From Candidatus Saccharimonadia bacterium (GTDB lineage Bacteria; Patescibacteriota; Saccharimonadia; UBA4664), in the NCBI GenBank assembly GCA_041743505.1, contig JBGTMQ010000021.1, positions 521-64,520 of the forward strand: DNA of 64,000 nucleotides. Direction: 5' to 3'. The notes under the pieces are model-generated. The model did no database searches. It saw only the letters and a list, made by a program, of their open reading frames with translations, and was not told the origin of the DNA. How positions within the stretch are numbered: position 1 is the stretch's first letter; each line of letters opens with the position of its first letter. Below, piece after piece: positions 19,956 through 27,909 of this stretch. The position numbers and the translations under genes are program-made.

Positions 19956-20350
19956 GATTATATTATATCATACTTTGCTTGTAATTGCAAATGTCGAGTC
20001 TGTTTTGCGGGCCTATGCTTTGGGTTCAATTGGTTTAAGGCGATCGCTGTGGTCATGCAGGCAGTGTAGAATTTCTATTTTTATATACAAGCAAAACGAC
20101 CCGAAGATCATTTTTGAATAATTACTTAACTCATTGCAGAACTACCCAACTATTATGTGCTCAGTGTCACATAGAGAAATATCGAAAACGTACTCGCGCG
20201 GCGGTTTCTACCATGTCTTTATGATAGAACTGCGGTATCCGAGACTTAAATGGCACCGGAAAATAATTAGCCAAGAATAAGATGGTATTTATGTTATCAG
20301 ATTTAAAAACAGGCCAGCAACGAACTCTCGTTCATCACTGACCCGGTCGA

Positions 20351-21595
20351 TCAACATTGTGGGGCGACGTGTATCAGATTCATCTTGTAACCCCAGCTAT
20401 CCTTTAGCTGGTTGTAGGCATGAAACTGGTTGTCTTTATCGGCCTGATCAGTGGCATCAGTCCAGAATGGAGCGGCAAAGAAGTCGCCTTCATGCCACAT
20501 ATCCTGTCCGGACGGGTCTTTGTACTGACCTTCGATGCGCCACTCACCGCCCACATTCTGGGTCCAGTGCATCCATTTAGGACTCGGGACCTGAAGCTGA
20601 TCGATTGAGTTGAATTGGCGGGTGTAGAACAACACGTTGTTATGGTCGTCCGGCCTGACGAATGTCCGGTAGTCCGAACCGGATAGCCAGCACGCATCAG
20701 GCACATGCACCGGTGGAGGTGGAGGTGCAGCTTGTGTAATCGGTGCGGAATAGACTGGCGCTGGCGGTGACGACGCCTGAGTTGGCTGAGCCGGTTGCAC
20801 TGTAACAGGGATGGGCTCCGCTTTGACGACAGGTTGGGTATCGGCGACGGGTGGAGGGGGTGTGGTGACTACATCTTTCTTCGGTCCCTCATTCAAACTA
20901 CATGGCTCGTACCATACCCGGAGGCCAACCATGCTATAACTCAGACCCACTCCTGCCAAATTGGCGCGCCATATATCGTTCAGGTCTGGGTCATCGGTAA
21001 GCTTGTAAATATCGCCAAGCCGCGCCAGCGCATCAACTCGCGTGAGAATCTGGTTGAGGTTATCACCCTTTGGGATCGTAACCCCAATACAGTCATCTTT
21101 AGCCAGAGCCTCATAGAGAGGGTCGAAAAAGCCAACAAAACTCGCGCCATTCAATGCCTTGAATGCGGCATCTCGAAGGCCTGCGGGTTTTATAGATGAA
21201 ATTACCACATCACTTAGTAGCTTGATGCTTCTAGCCTGTGCTTCAACGCGCGCTTCTGTGGCGGCGATACGAGTACCAATCGCAGCACTGGCTATGAGCA
21301 CGTTAACTTTTGTTGCGATTTCCGTGCCCTTGCGGTTAAAACGGACTTCTACTCCGCTAGGTCCAGTATAAAAATGGCCCCACTGAGTGTACGTTGGCTT
21401 ACCGTCTGCTTGGATTGGAATCTTGTCTGAGTTAGGTATCTGGTGATTAATGATCTGAGTGTAGGGATCATCGAATCCCAGACCAGTAGTGCCTCCGCCC
21501 GGATCTGCAATAACGTTGCTTCTGCTGATCAAAGCAGTGATCGCAATAACGACCACAAGGACTACCCCAAAAATGCTAAGCCTGCGCCAATACAT
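20351..21595 (-). CDS. Secreted/membrane-anchored protein with Pro-rich linker
   Basis: N-terminal TM; two apparent globular regions separated by a P/Q/T-rich stretch. Confidence 0.7.
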   Translation of the reverse strand: MYWRRLSIFGVVLVVVIAITALISRSNVIADPGGGTTGLGFDDPYTQIINHQIPNSDKIPIQADGKPTYTQWGHFYTGPSGVEVRFNRKGTEIATKVNVLIASAAIGTRIAATEARVEAQARSIKLLSDVVISSIKPAGLRDAAFKALNGASFVGFFDPLYEALAKDDCIGVTIPKGDNLNQILTRVDALARLGDIYKLTDDPDLNDIWRANLAGVGLSYSMVGLRVWYEPCSLNEGPKKDVVTTPPPPVADTQPVVKAEPIPVTVQPAQPTQASSPPAPVYSAPITQAAPPPPPVHVPDACWLSGSDYRTFVRPDDHNNVLFYTRQFNSIDQLQVPSPKWMHWTQNVGGEWRIEGQYKDPSGQDMWHEGDFFAAPFWTDATDQADKDNQFHAYNQLKDSWGYKMNLIHVAPQC

Positions 21596-21678
21596 TTCAG
21601 CTCCCCAGGTTGGTTGGATGTCAAAAAAACGCCGAACCTTATCGGCGATAATTACAATAGATGCTTATACTATGTTTG

Positions 21679-22086
21679 TCAAGACCGAGGGCGGAGATAG
21701 TAGGCCAAAGCAGTGGCTAATAGTGCAACTGAAAGCCACAGCCAGTCATTTTGAATGTGAGCAAACGTATTGCTAACGGTTAAGGCTACGGTAAATAATA
21801 CAGCGAAACCAAGATACCAGTATTTCGCCACAGCTGGTGCAGAAAACCCGAGATCATTCGGTCTAGGGTGTCTCGTCTCGGATATTATATGATATAGACT
21901 AAACCCAAAAGCCAATATCATAAGCTCTAATGGGCCCCAGAAAGTGCGGTCATCTGGGTGATTAAAGTACCAGAAAACAATAAGAAGCCACCAAAAAATA
22001 TCCCCACGCCAAATCGCCCGGTGGGCCGGAGCAATGCTTTGGTAGATAGTAGGCTGTGCTTTATCCATAATTATATGTTTATACAT
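21679..22086 (-). CDS. Membrane protein
   Basis: Four hydrophobic segments. Confidence 0.6.
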   Translation of the reverse strand: MYKHIIMDKAQPTIYQSIAPAHRAIWRGDIFWWLLIVFWYFNHPDDRTFWGPLELMILAFGFSLYHIISETRHPRPNDLGFSAPAVAKYWYLGFAVLFTVALTVSNTFAHIQNDWLWLSVALLATALAYYLRPRS

Positions 22087-22259
22087 GAATTGCCTTTAAA
22101 TAGCAAGTTTAACTACGTGATTTAAATTTTGGCGGGCACTACGGGTTCCTATATCTAAGGCTATAACCGATGAAAGTAGCTCTACAGAAACAAAAATAGC
22201 TGCAATGGCGGCTGAAAATAACCACTGGAAGGCCACAGTACTAGCCGTCGCAACTAGCT

Positions 22260-22664
22260 TTAGGATTCCTTCTGGCCCGAAAACCAGCTTGGATAAGCCT
22301 TTGGTAGAAGGTCTGTGATCTTCACTTTTTGAACGACACCGCCAAATTCAGTAATCACAAAAATGTTGGGGGCATAGTCAAGAAGTAGCTGACGACAAAC
22401 ACCGCAGGGCGGTATGACGCCGCGATCATTGTTGCCTACGGCCACAATGGCGGTAAAATTCTTCTTCCCTTCGCTAATTGCTTTGCCCAAAACAATTAGC
22501 TCCGCATCAGCTCCTCCCCCTTGAGCAAATATATTCACGCCAGTATAGATCGTTCCATCACTGGCCAGCGCCGCTCCGACGGTATGAAGCGAATCATCGC
22601 CATATTTATCAATAATAGTTTGAGCAGCTTTTATCAGGTCTTTATCATGAGTGGTTAATTCCAT
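22260..22664 (-). CDS. Cytidine/blasticidin-S deaminase family
   Basis: HTVGAAL..G.IYTGVN..xAE..PPCGVCRQ...LLP. Confidence 0.85.
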   Translation of the reverse strand: MELTTHDKDLIKAAQTIIDKYGDDSLHTVGAALASDGTIYTGVNIFAQGGGADAELIVLGKAISEGKKNFTAIVAVGNNDRGVIPPCGVCRQLLLDYAPNIFVITEFGGVVQKVKITDLLPKAYPSWFSGQKES

Positions 22665-22709
22665 GGCTAAACTATACCAAAATAAAAAGACCTCCTTAGA
22701 ACTGCGGCG

Positions 22710-23201
22710 CTAGATTATGTCAAATGTTTGGACGGGGCCGTGCCAAACTTCAGTATTTAATGCGACTTCCTTGAACTGTCCTTGGGTAATCTTGTTGATC
22801 ACTTTCCGCCAAAAGCGTGTTGCCAGATCGTTTGCTTCCATTTGCGCAACCTCCCATCTGCCGGGAAATTTTGCGAATGTTAATGCTGCCGCCCGCTCCC
22901 CCACTCCGTTTTGTCGAAACGTTGGAGCAACATAAAATTCGGCGATGGAGTGAGCCTGAATTTGAGTAATAGTAAGGGTGTTTACCAGAACGAAGCCACC
23001 TATTTCGTGGTTAACCATTATGAAGAATGCCGCCCGTTCGGAGTCGGTAAAATAATCTGGTAAATATTTATAGGTTTTGATTTCATTCGGGCTATTACCG
23101 CTATAAGGGAGAAGCTCGCGCTGGTACTCGTAGAGAAGTTGAGACAGAATGTCACTGTCCTTTTCGTCTATGGTCTTAAGGCTGACGGTTGCGGTTTGCA
23201 T
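22710..23201 (-). CDS. GNAT acetyltransferase
   Basis: IAEFYV...RQNGVG, WEVAQ...N..A..FW. Confidence 0.88.
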   Translation of the reverse strand: MQTATVSLKTIDEKDSDILSQLLYEYQRELLPYSGNSPNEIKTYKYLPDYFTDSERAAFFIMVNHEIGGFVLVNTLTITQIQAHSIAEFYVAPTFRQNGVGERAAALTFAKFPGRWEVAQMEANDLATRFWRKVINKITQGQFKEVALNTEVWHGPVQTFDII

Positions 23202-23238
23202 AAGAGTCTCCTGCTCTGACCAACTGAGCTACGAGCGC
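23201..23238 (-). repeat. tRNA 5'-half fragment (Lys(CTT) D/anticodon arm with an Arg-like acceptor 5' strand)
   Basis: taagagtctcctgctctgaccaactgagcta matches 55680-55710 at 30/31; the tail ctgagctacgagcgc matches 55796-55810. Confidence 0.8.
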
Positions 23239-23243
23239 AATCC

Positions 23244-23318
23244 CTAATCAGTTAGGTTGGCGATTTGATCCGCGAAATCGTCGAGTTTATGTTGGACGAC
23301 GTCCCATATTATCTCAAA
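23244..23318 (-). pseudogene. C-terminal remnant of a HepT/DUF86 (HEPN) toxin
   Basis: FEIIWDVVQHKLDDFADQIANLTD* directly after the MNT stop resembles the DUF86 C-terminal helix; no start and no RxxxxH motif. Confidence 0.65.
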
Positions 23319-23609
23319 CTATAGTACTGAAACCAGCTCTGGCGTTATATATGGCTCAAAATGTCGATTTAACTTTGTTGCGACGTCTACTCGTCTGCTC
23401 AGCCGTTCCTCAAGTTCATACTGTAAACCCCCAAGGTCGAGGTATGTCCTGCCTACGCCTAGCTCCACTAATAAGTCCAGGTCGCTGTCCGGCGTAGCCT
23501 CTCCACGCGCATAGCTACCAAAGACATGGGCCTTTGTGACCCCATATTTGTGAAGGATTTCTTTAAGCTCAGTTAAAGGTATTGGTAAGTCTAGATCTTG
23601 TACGGTCAT
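23319..23609 (-). CDS. MNT (minimal nucleotidyltransferase) antitoxin
   Basis: VFGSYARGEATPDSDLDLLV...RRVDV. Confidence 0.9.
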   Translation of the reverse strand: MTVQDLDLPIPLTELKEILHKYGVTKAHVFGSYARGEATPDSDLDLLVELGVGRTYLDLGGLQYELEERLSRRVDVATKLNRHFEPYITPELVSVL

Positions 23610-23727
23610 ATTCAGATTATAGCAGTATGTGCTGTACGGATCGTCCTTTATATCTAAAGGACTAGAAATTGATCATACGAATTAGACGCGGTACAGGTCC
23701 AGGGGTCGGCGCTGCGATAGATGATTT

Positions 23728-24006
23728 CTGGAGGGCCATCTGCGACACTATTGCAACTAAACTACGAGAAAAAGAGACTTATATTCTACAGACATTTGAA
23801 CCCTAAACATTTACAGTTTTAGTGTGGATGTCAAAAATGATAGGCCATTCGTTCAACTCAATGAAAAAGAACTGGCAAAATTCAAGAAGCTATGTAAAAA
23901 ATATGGAATTCATTATAAAACCGAGCACGAATATATTAAGTCAGCTCAAGCTCTGTGCCTATTTGTTCATTCTTGCATAGAAGGATCTAAGAAGTCGGTA
24001 AATTGA
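23728..24006 (+). pseudogene. Relic att site plus a degraded reading frame (possible C-terminal recombinase fragment of an older element)
   Basis: TGGAGGGCCATC (23729-23740) matches the tRNA-Lys 3' antisense TGGTGGGCCATC at 11/12; followed by broken frames that run into ORF 23824-24006. Confidence 0.45.
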
Positions 24007-25261
24007 AGGTCGGCATTTCACTCTGTCCAATCTGGACGTTGCCCTGATATCCAGGATGCTGAATAAGCTCACAATTGCACGTGGGGCTGAAATACGTGGT
24101 TTGACCGGGCGATATAATTCTTGCGGGTGCTTCCCAGCCGATAGAAGCCAGAAAGACACCTGCAACGTGTGACTTTCGTTTCTGACCGTGCTGCTTTTGT
24201 AACACATATGCAGCAGCAGTTTTGAGAATAGCGAAAGACTCTGGGGATAAGGAATAAGCACCGATTGTGACGATGCCAGTTGACGATGGGTCCAATTGAC
24301 CCTTCTTAGATGACGCAGCCTTGTCAAGCTGCAATTCAATCTCCTTTACCGCTTGACTGTATTCAATTGGCTGTTTCTTTGGTGCTCGGAACGCCTGAGG
24401 AGTTTTGAGCTCGATACCGACATATTCAGTCAAGGAAGGCCGCAAACGCAAATCAGGTATACGGCCATCTCCGTGCTCTCCATAGACAATTTCAACCCCA
24501 TTGCCTGAGTCGGTGAGATAACTTGCGACAAGTAAAAGCATAGTTGTGTGACGAACTTCATCAACATCTGTGATCGCTTGAATGAGTTCTGGAAAAGCCG
24601 GGTGATTTTTCCAACGTCGAAACAGTACAACATCCCAAAGCAACTCCGCAAGAACATCACCGTCAATAGTAATCATATTGCTTGATTCGTCGTTTGATTC
24701 CATATTGTTGGCCAATGTATCTGCCTCTTCAATCAACACGATGAGTGGGTGACGCTTGGATGGTGGCGTCTTCGATGCCTTGCCGGCAAGATCAGACTTT
24801 TGCAGCTTTTCGTAACGTACGCCCAGCAACTCACGGATTTCCTGTGCGAATTCCCGTAACGCAGTAGGATCAGTCTTCACTCCCTCGCCTGCAATTCCGA
24901 TCCCCACTTCTGTGGAGTAGTCTGCCAAGGTTTGCTCACTGATAAGCGAAGCGTGTGCGATGTTAATTGTGTCCGAGATGAGAAATCGGCCTGGTGGTAC
25001 AACAGCGGCAGCAGGAATTGCTTGACCAGGTGGTCGCTTCGGTGCAATACCGATGACTTCACATTTTGGACATCGAATACCAAGATCAAAGAGCTGACCG
25101 ACATATAGGTCGATAGCAAGAACGGTATCACATCCTGGGCAAAGCCAATCAATCCCAGCTTTGTTAGTACCGGCGAATAAAGGTGCCAATGTTGGATTAA
25201 AAATACCGACGTCATCTCCTGACCCGTCTAGAAGACTCAAATGCTGCTGTGTACTGCCCAT
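23987..25261 (-). CDS. Zn-ribbon plus PD-(D/E)XK-like nuclease domain protein
   Basis: CPGC...CPKC at the N-terminus; IPDLRL...VGIELKTP. Confidence 0.55.
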   Translation of the reverse strand: MGSTQQHLSLLDGSGDDVGIFNPTLAPLFAGTNKAGIDWLCPGCDTVLAIDLYVGQLFDLGIRCPKCEVIGIAPKRPPGQAIPAAAVVPPGRFLISDTINIAHASLISEQTLADYSTEVGIGIAGEGVKTDPTALREFAQEIRELLGVRYEKLQKSDLAGKASKTPPSKRHPLIVLIEEADTLANNMESNDESSNMITIDGDVLAELLWDVVLFRRWKNHPAFPELIQAITDVDEVRHTTMLLLVASYLTDSGNGVEIVYGEHGDGRIPDLRLRPSLTEYVGIELKTPQAFRAPKKQPIEYSQAVKEIELQLDKAASSKKGQLDPSSTGIVTIGAYSLSPESFAILKTAAAYVLQKQHGQKRKSHVAGVFLASIGWEAPARIISPGQTTYFSPTCNCELIQHPGYQGNVQIGQSEMPTFNLPTS

Positions 25262-25364
25262 AATTCTTCATCCTGTCTAGTAAAAAGGATACGCTGAAGA
25301 TACGTTCAATAAAAATGCTGATGCTTTGGGACCAGAAGGGGCTCGAACTTTTGCAACAGATAAC

Positions 25365-25390
25365 AAAAAAGCCTCTCGCATTTGAGAGGC
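25365..25390 (-). terminator. Intrinsic terminator just outside the left att site
   Basis: Minus strand GCCTCTC-AAATGC-GAGAGGC-TTTTTT. Confidence 0.75.
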
Positions 25391-25426
25391 TAAGGTACGA
25401 ACCAAATTGTATCTGGATAAATACTT

Positions 25427-25570
25427 TTGGAGGGCCGTAAGGACCACGCTTGGAACCTTTTTCTTGAAAGTCTGGTGATCCTGAGCAAGAAATTAGATTC
25501 GCTCGGATTCGTGTACATCGATGGCCGCGTATCTATCACCAAGCCAGACGCGGAGGTGAGCCGTGTTTAG
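25427..25570 (+). other. Putative left att junction with a 47-codon in-register alternative integrase C-terminus
   Basis: TTG GAG GGC CGT AAG aligns codon-for-codon with integrase ATG GTG GGC CAT CAG; open to TAG 25570 (LEGRKDHAWNLFLESLVILSKKLDSLGFVYIDGRVSITKPDAEVSRV). Confidence 0.6.
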
Positions 25571-26045
25571 CTTTTTGCATCGACATAAGCCGTCCCCTGC
25601 CGGTCTACTAACTTCGCAGCTATTTAATGACGCCACGTTCTATCCAGCCTTTGTCCACGACTTAAATCGATGCCGTATTGAGGCGATCATTGAGAGCCCG
25701 TTTATAACGACAAAACGCGCTGCTTTTCTTGCTCCTGTATTAATGAGTCTTAAGCGGCGCGGCGTTAGAGTAATTATTAACACCCGTGATCCCAATGAGC
25801 ACGAGACGCACATGCGTATTCAATCCCGAATGGCGGTCGAGGAGTTCCAGCAGGCAGGCGTTCAGGTTCTGTATACGGACAAACACCACAGGAAGCTGGC
25901 TATTCTGGATGGCGAAATTTTATGGGAGGGCAGCCTTAATATTCTCTCCCAAAATGACAGCTGCGAAGTTATGAGGAGGGTTGAGTCTGCAGGGCTAGCT
26001 ATGCAGATGCTACAGTTCGTGAAACTAGATAAATTCTTAAGATGA
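25563..26045 (+). CDS. Phospholipase D-family (single HKD) nuclease-like protein
   Basis: IESPF, HRKLAILD, WEGSLN; GGAGGT SD at 25552. Confidence 0.85.
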   Translation: MFSFLHRHKPSPAGLLTSQLFNDATFYPAFVHDLNRCRIEAIIESPFITTKRAAFLAPVLMSLKRRGVRVIINTRDPNEHETHMRIQSRMAVEEFQQAGVQVLYTDKHHRKLAILDGEILWEGSLNILSQNDSCEVMRRVESAGLAMQMLQFVKLDKFLR

Positions 26046-26061
26046 TATACTGCGAGGCAAT

Positions 26062-26271
26062 ATGGCAAACGATTACGAACTTAACGAGCAAGATATCGAC
26101 AGCACGATCCGATATCTCAAGACCATCGACCCCGGGAACGCTACCCCGGAGATGGCGATAGCCTTTCTGGAAGAGCTGCAAGCTGGCGTCCATTCGCTAG
26201 CCCATACTAAGCCGGAACTCCTTGAGAAGATTTACAAGGACTTAATAGAGAAGAATCGGCTCGAAAAATAA
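26062..26271 (+). CDS. Small hypothetical protein
   Basis: Compact ORF following the PLD gene. Confidence 0.65.
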   Translation: MANDYELNEQDIDSTIRYLKTIDPGNATPEMAIAFLEELQAGVHSLAHTKPELLEKIYKDLIEKNRLEK

Positions 26272-26273
26272 GC

Positions 26274-26489
26274 CTAGAAGGGCAAGATTTCGGATGACTT
26301 CACGCCTAATGCCCTTGTAAGCTTTTCAAGGGTTTCGATGGTTGGCTGCTGCTCACTGCGCTCAATCCTGGCGTAGAAATTTGTGCTCAGGCCGGCCTTC
26401 TCTGCAACATCCGCTTGAGTCAGACCCATTTTACGCCTGATAGCTTTTAAGCTGGATGCGATTTCTTGAGTAGTTTTATCTGTGTTCAT
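26274..26489 (-). CDS. XRE-family HTH regulator
   Basis: IRRKMGLTQADVAEKAGLS..FYARIER...PTIETL. Confidence 0.9.
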   Translation of the reverse strand: MNTDKTTQEIASSLKAIRRKMGLTQADVAEKAGLSTNFYARIERSEQQPTIETLEKLTRALGVKSSEILPF

Positions 26490-26545
26490 TGGTTATCATT
26501 TTTTTAGAATTATTGACAAATTATAGATATATTTTAACACATATC

Positions 26546-27013
26546 TCATGTCTCTGATTTGATAAGGTTTGTTACAGCTGTGTAGATATCCTTATACGGT
26601 GCATAGAAGGTGTTTGAAGAAAACTTGTGGGCACGCTGCTCACTTTTCTCTTCATCGTAAACATCCACATCTTCATTAAAGTATGTCTCATAGAAGTCTC
26701 GCTTATCCGTGAATATGACTTTGGGTATATCCTCATCAATGCGATCGCTAAACTGGTCGGCGGTCAAATCGATGACATGGCCTCTGTATTCTACCCATGC
26801 GTGTGAGCTATCCAGCCCTGGGTGGTCAGAACTACTCGATGCACATATATATCTCATGCCTGTGTATCCAGAATCCAGCATCAATCTGATTAGAATGTCA
26901 CAGGTTATACTACAGCAACCAGCAGGAAACCGCCCTTGATAAACAGGCATATCCGCAGGCAGGTCTTCGAGTGCTGCTCGTAGTTTAAGGGCCATGTCGT
27001 GAAGTTCTTTCAT
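26546..27013 (-). CDS. Hypothetical protein, possible papain/transglutaminase-like fold
   Basis: FPAGCC...HAWVE...IDLTADQF (Cys-His-Asp order). Confidence 0.55.
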   Translation of the reverse strand: MKELHDMALKLRAALEDLPADMPVYQGRFPAGCCSITCDILIRLMLDSGYTGMRYICASSSSDHPGLDSSHAWVEYRGHVIDLTADQFSDRIDEDIPKVIFTDKRDFYETYFNEDVDVYDEEKSEQRAHKFSSNTFYAPYKDIYTAVTNLIKSET

Positions 27014-27025
27014 CGGCCAGGTCTA

Positions 27026-27442
27026 TCAAAGCCCACAATTGTCACTAGTCCACTTTTTGACGCTTGACTCTGCCGATATGCCGCTTAGACTTGCGGACAA
27101 GGCTTGCGAAGGGTCTTTTTCGATTTTCTCGAAAACGGATTTTAAGATTTTTACATCAGGCTCAATATCGCTAGGCGCTACTTTATCCAGGCGAGCAAAT
27201 GCCTCGGCAAAGTCCCTTGCACTGCTTGAGCGGCGAGAGAAGACAGCAACACTGTATGCGTCTCCTTTTGCATTGGCCAGTTTTGTGTTCTCGGTTTTGT
27301 AAACTTCGCAGTAAGCTGTTGCTGATCGTTGTGGCCGCATAAAAAGTATAGTGACAACCGCAAGCGTGATCATCAGGATAACAAGAATAATTCGATTCAT
27401 AGTACTCAGGCCGGAAAGCTTAGTCTTTATTTTTTGCTGCAT
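27026..27442 (-). CDS. Membrane-anchored hypothetical protein
   Basis: N-terminal TM, two Cys; leaderless start. Confidence 0.7.
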   Translation of the reverse strand: MQQKIKTKLSGLSTMNRIILVILMITLAVVTILFMRPQRSATAYCEVYKTENTKLANAKGDAYSVAVFSRRSSSARDFAEAFARLDKVAPSDIEPDVKILKSVFEKIEKDPSQALSASLSGISAESSVKKWTSDNCGL

Positions 27443-27566
27443 GAGCTGATTATAGCATTCACGGCCAAAGTGCTTGTGCTAATTGTGTTAATATGTTCTG
27501 ATTTTGGTTTCAGATATGTTTGTGCTAATCTCTGAATATCAGCCGTTGCGCTGTGAGGAGGTCATT

Positions 27567-27908
27567 GTGAGAAAGTACGATGCAGCTAAATTTATGTCGG
27601 TATTCCTCATTATTGGGGTGCCATTTGTTTTAATACACCCGGCATTTGCCGCCGACGGCAGCGTTGGTCAAGTTGAGACCTTTATCCGTAGCATCATTAA
27701 GGTAGTAGCCGGTTTGGCTGGGCTTGTCGCAACCGGCTTTTTTGTTGTTGGCGGTTTCGGGTATATCACGAGTTCGGGCAACCCGGAACATCTCGACCGT
27801 TCAAAGCGCACTCTCTTATTCGCGGCCTTAGGTCTGGCAATTACAATTGGTGCTTTCGTTTTGAGTAACATCATCACGAGCTTAGCAACGAGCGCCTTCG
27901 GGAGTTAG
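27567..27908 (+). CDS. TrbC/VirB2-type pilin
   Basis: Signal-like PAFAA, two TMs flanking GG..YITSSGNP; GAGGAGG SD before GTG 27567. Confidence 0.75.
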   Translation: MRKYDAAKFMSVFLIIGVPFVLIHPAFAADGSVGQVETFIRSIIKVVAGLAGLVATGFFVVGGFGYITSSGNPEHLDRSKRTLLFAALGLAITIGAFVLSNIITSLATSAFGS

Positions 27909-27909
27909 T

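Noticed and set aside
22130-22145. TGGCGGGCACTACGGG as a further att relic
   Set aside because: Only 11/16 identical to the tRNA-Lys end, and it lies within an apparent start-less membrane-protein remnant (about 22096-22257, minus strand).
23244-23321. Programmed stop-codon readthrough or recoding fusing MNT to the in-frame HEPN tail
   Set aside because: TAG, TAA and TGA all terminate intact genes in this window, and a deletion explains the junction more simply.
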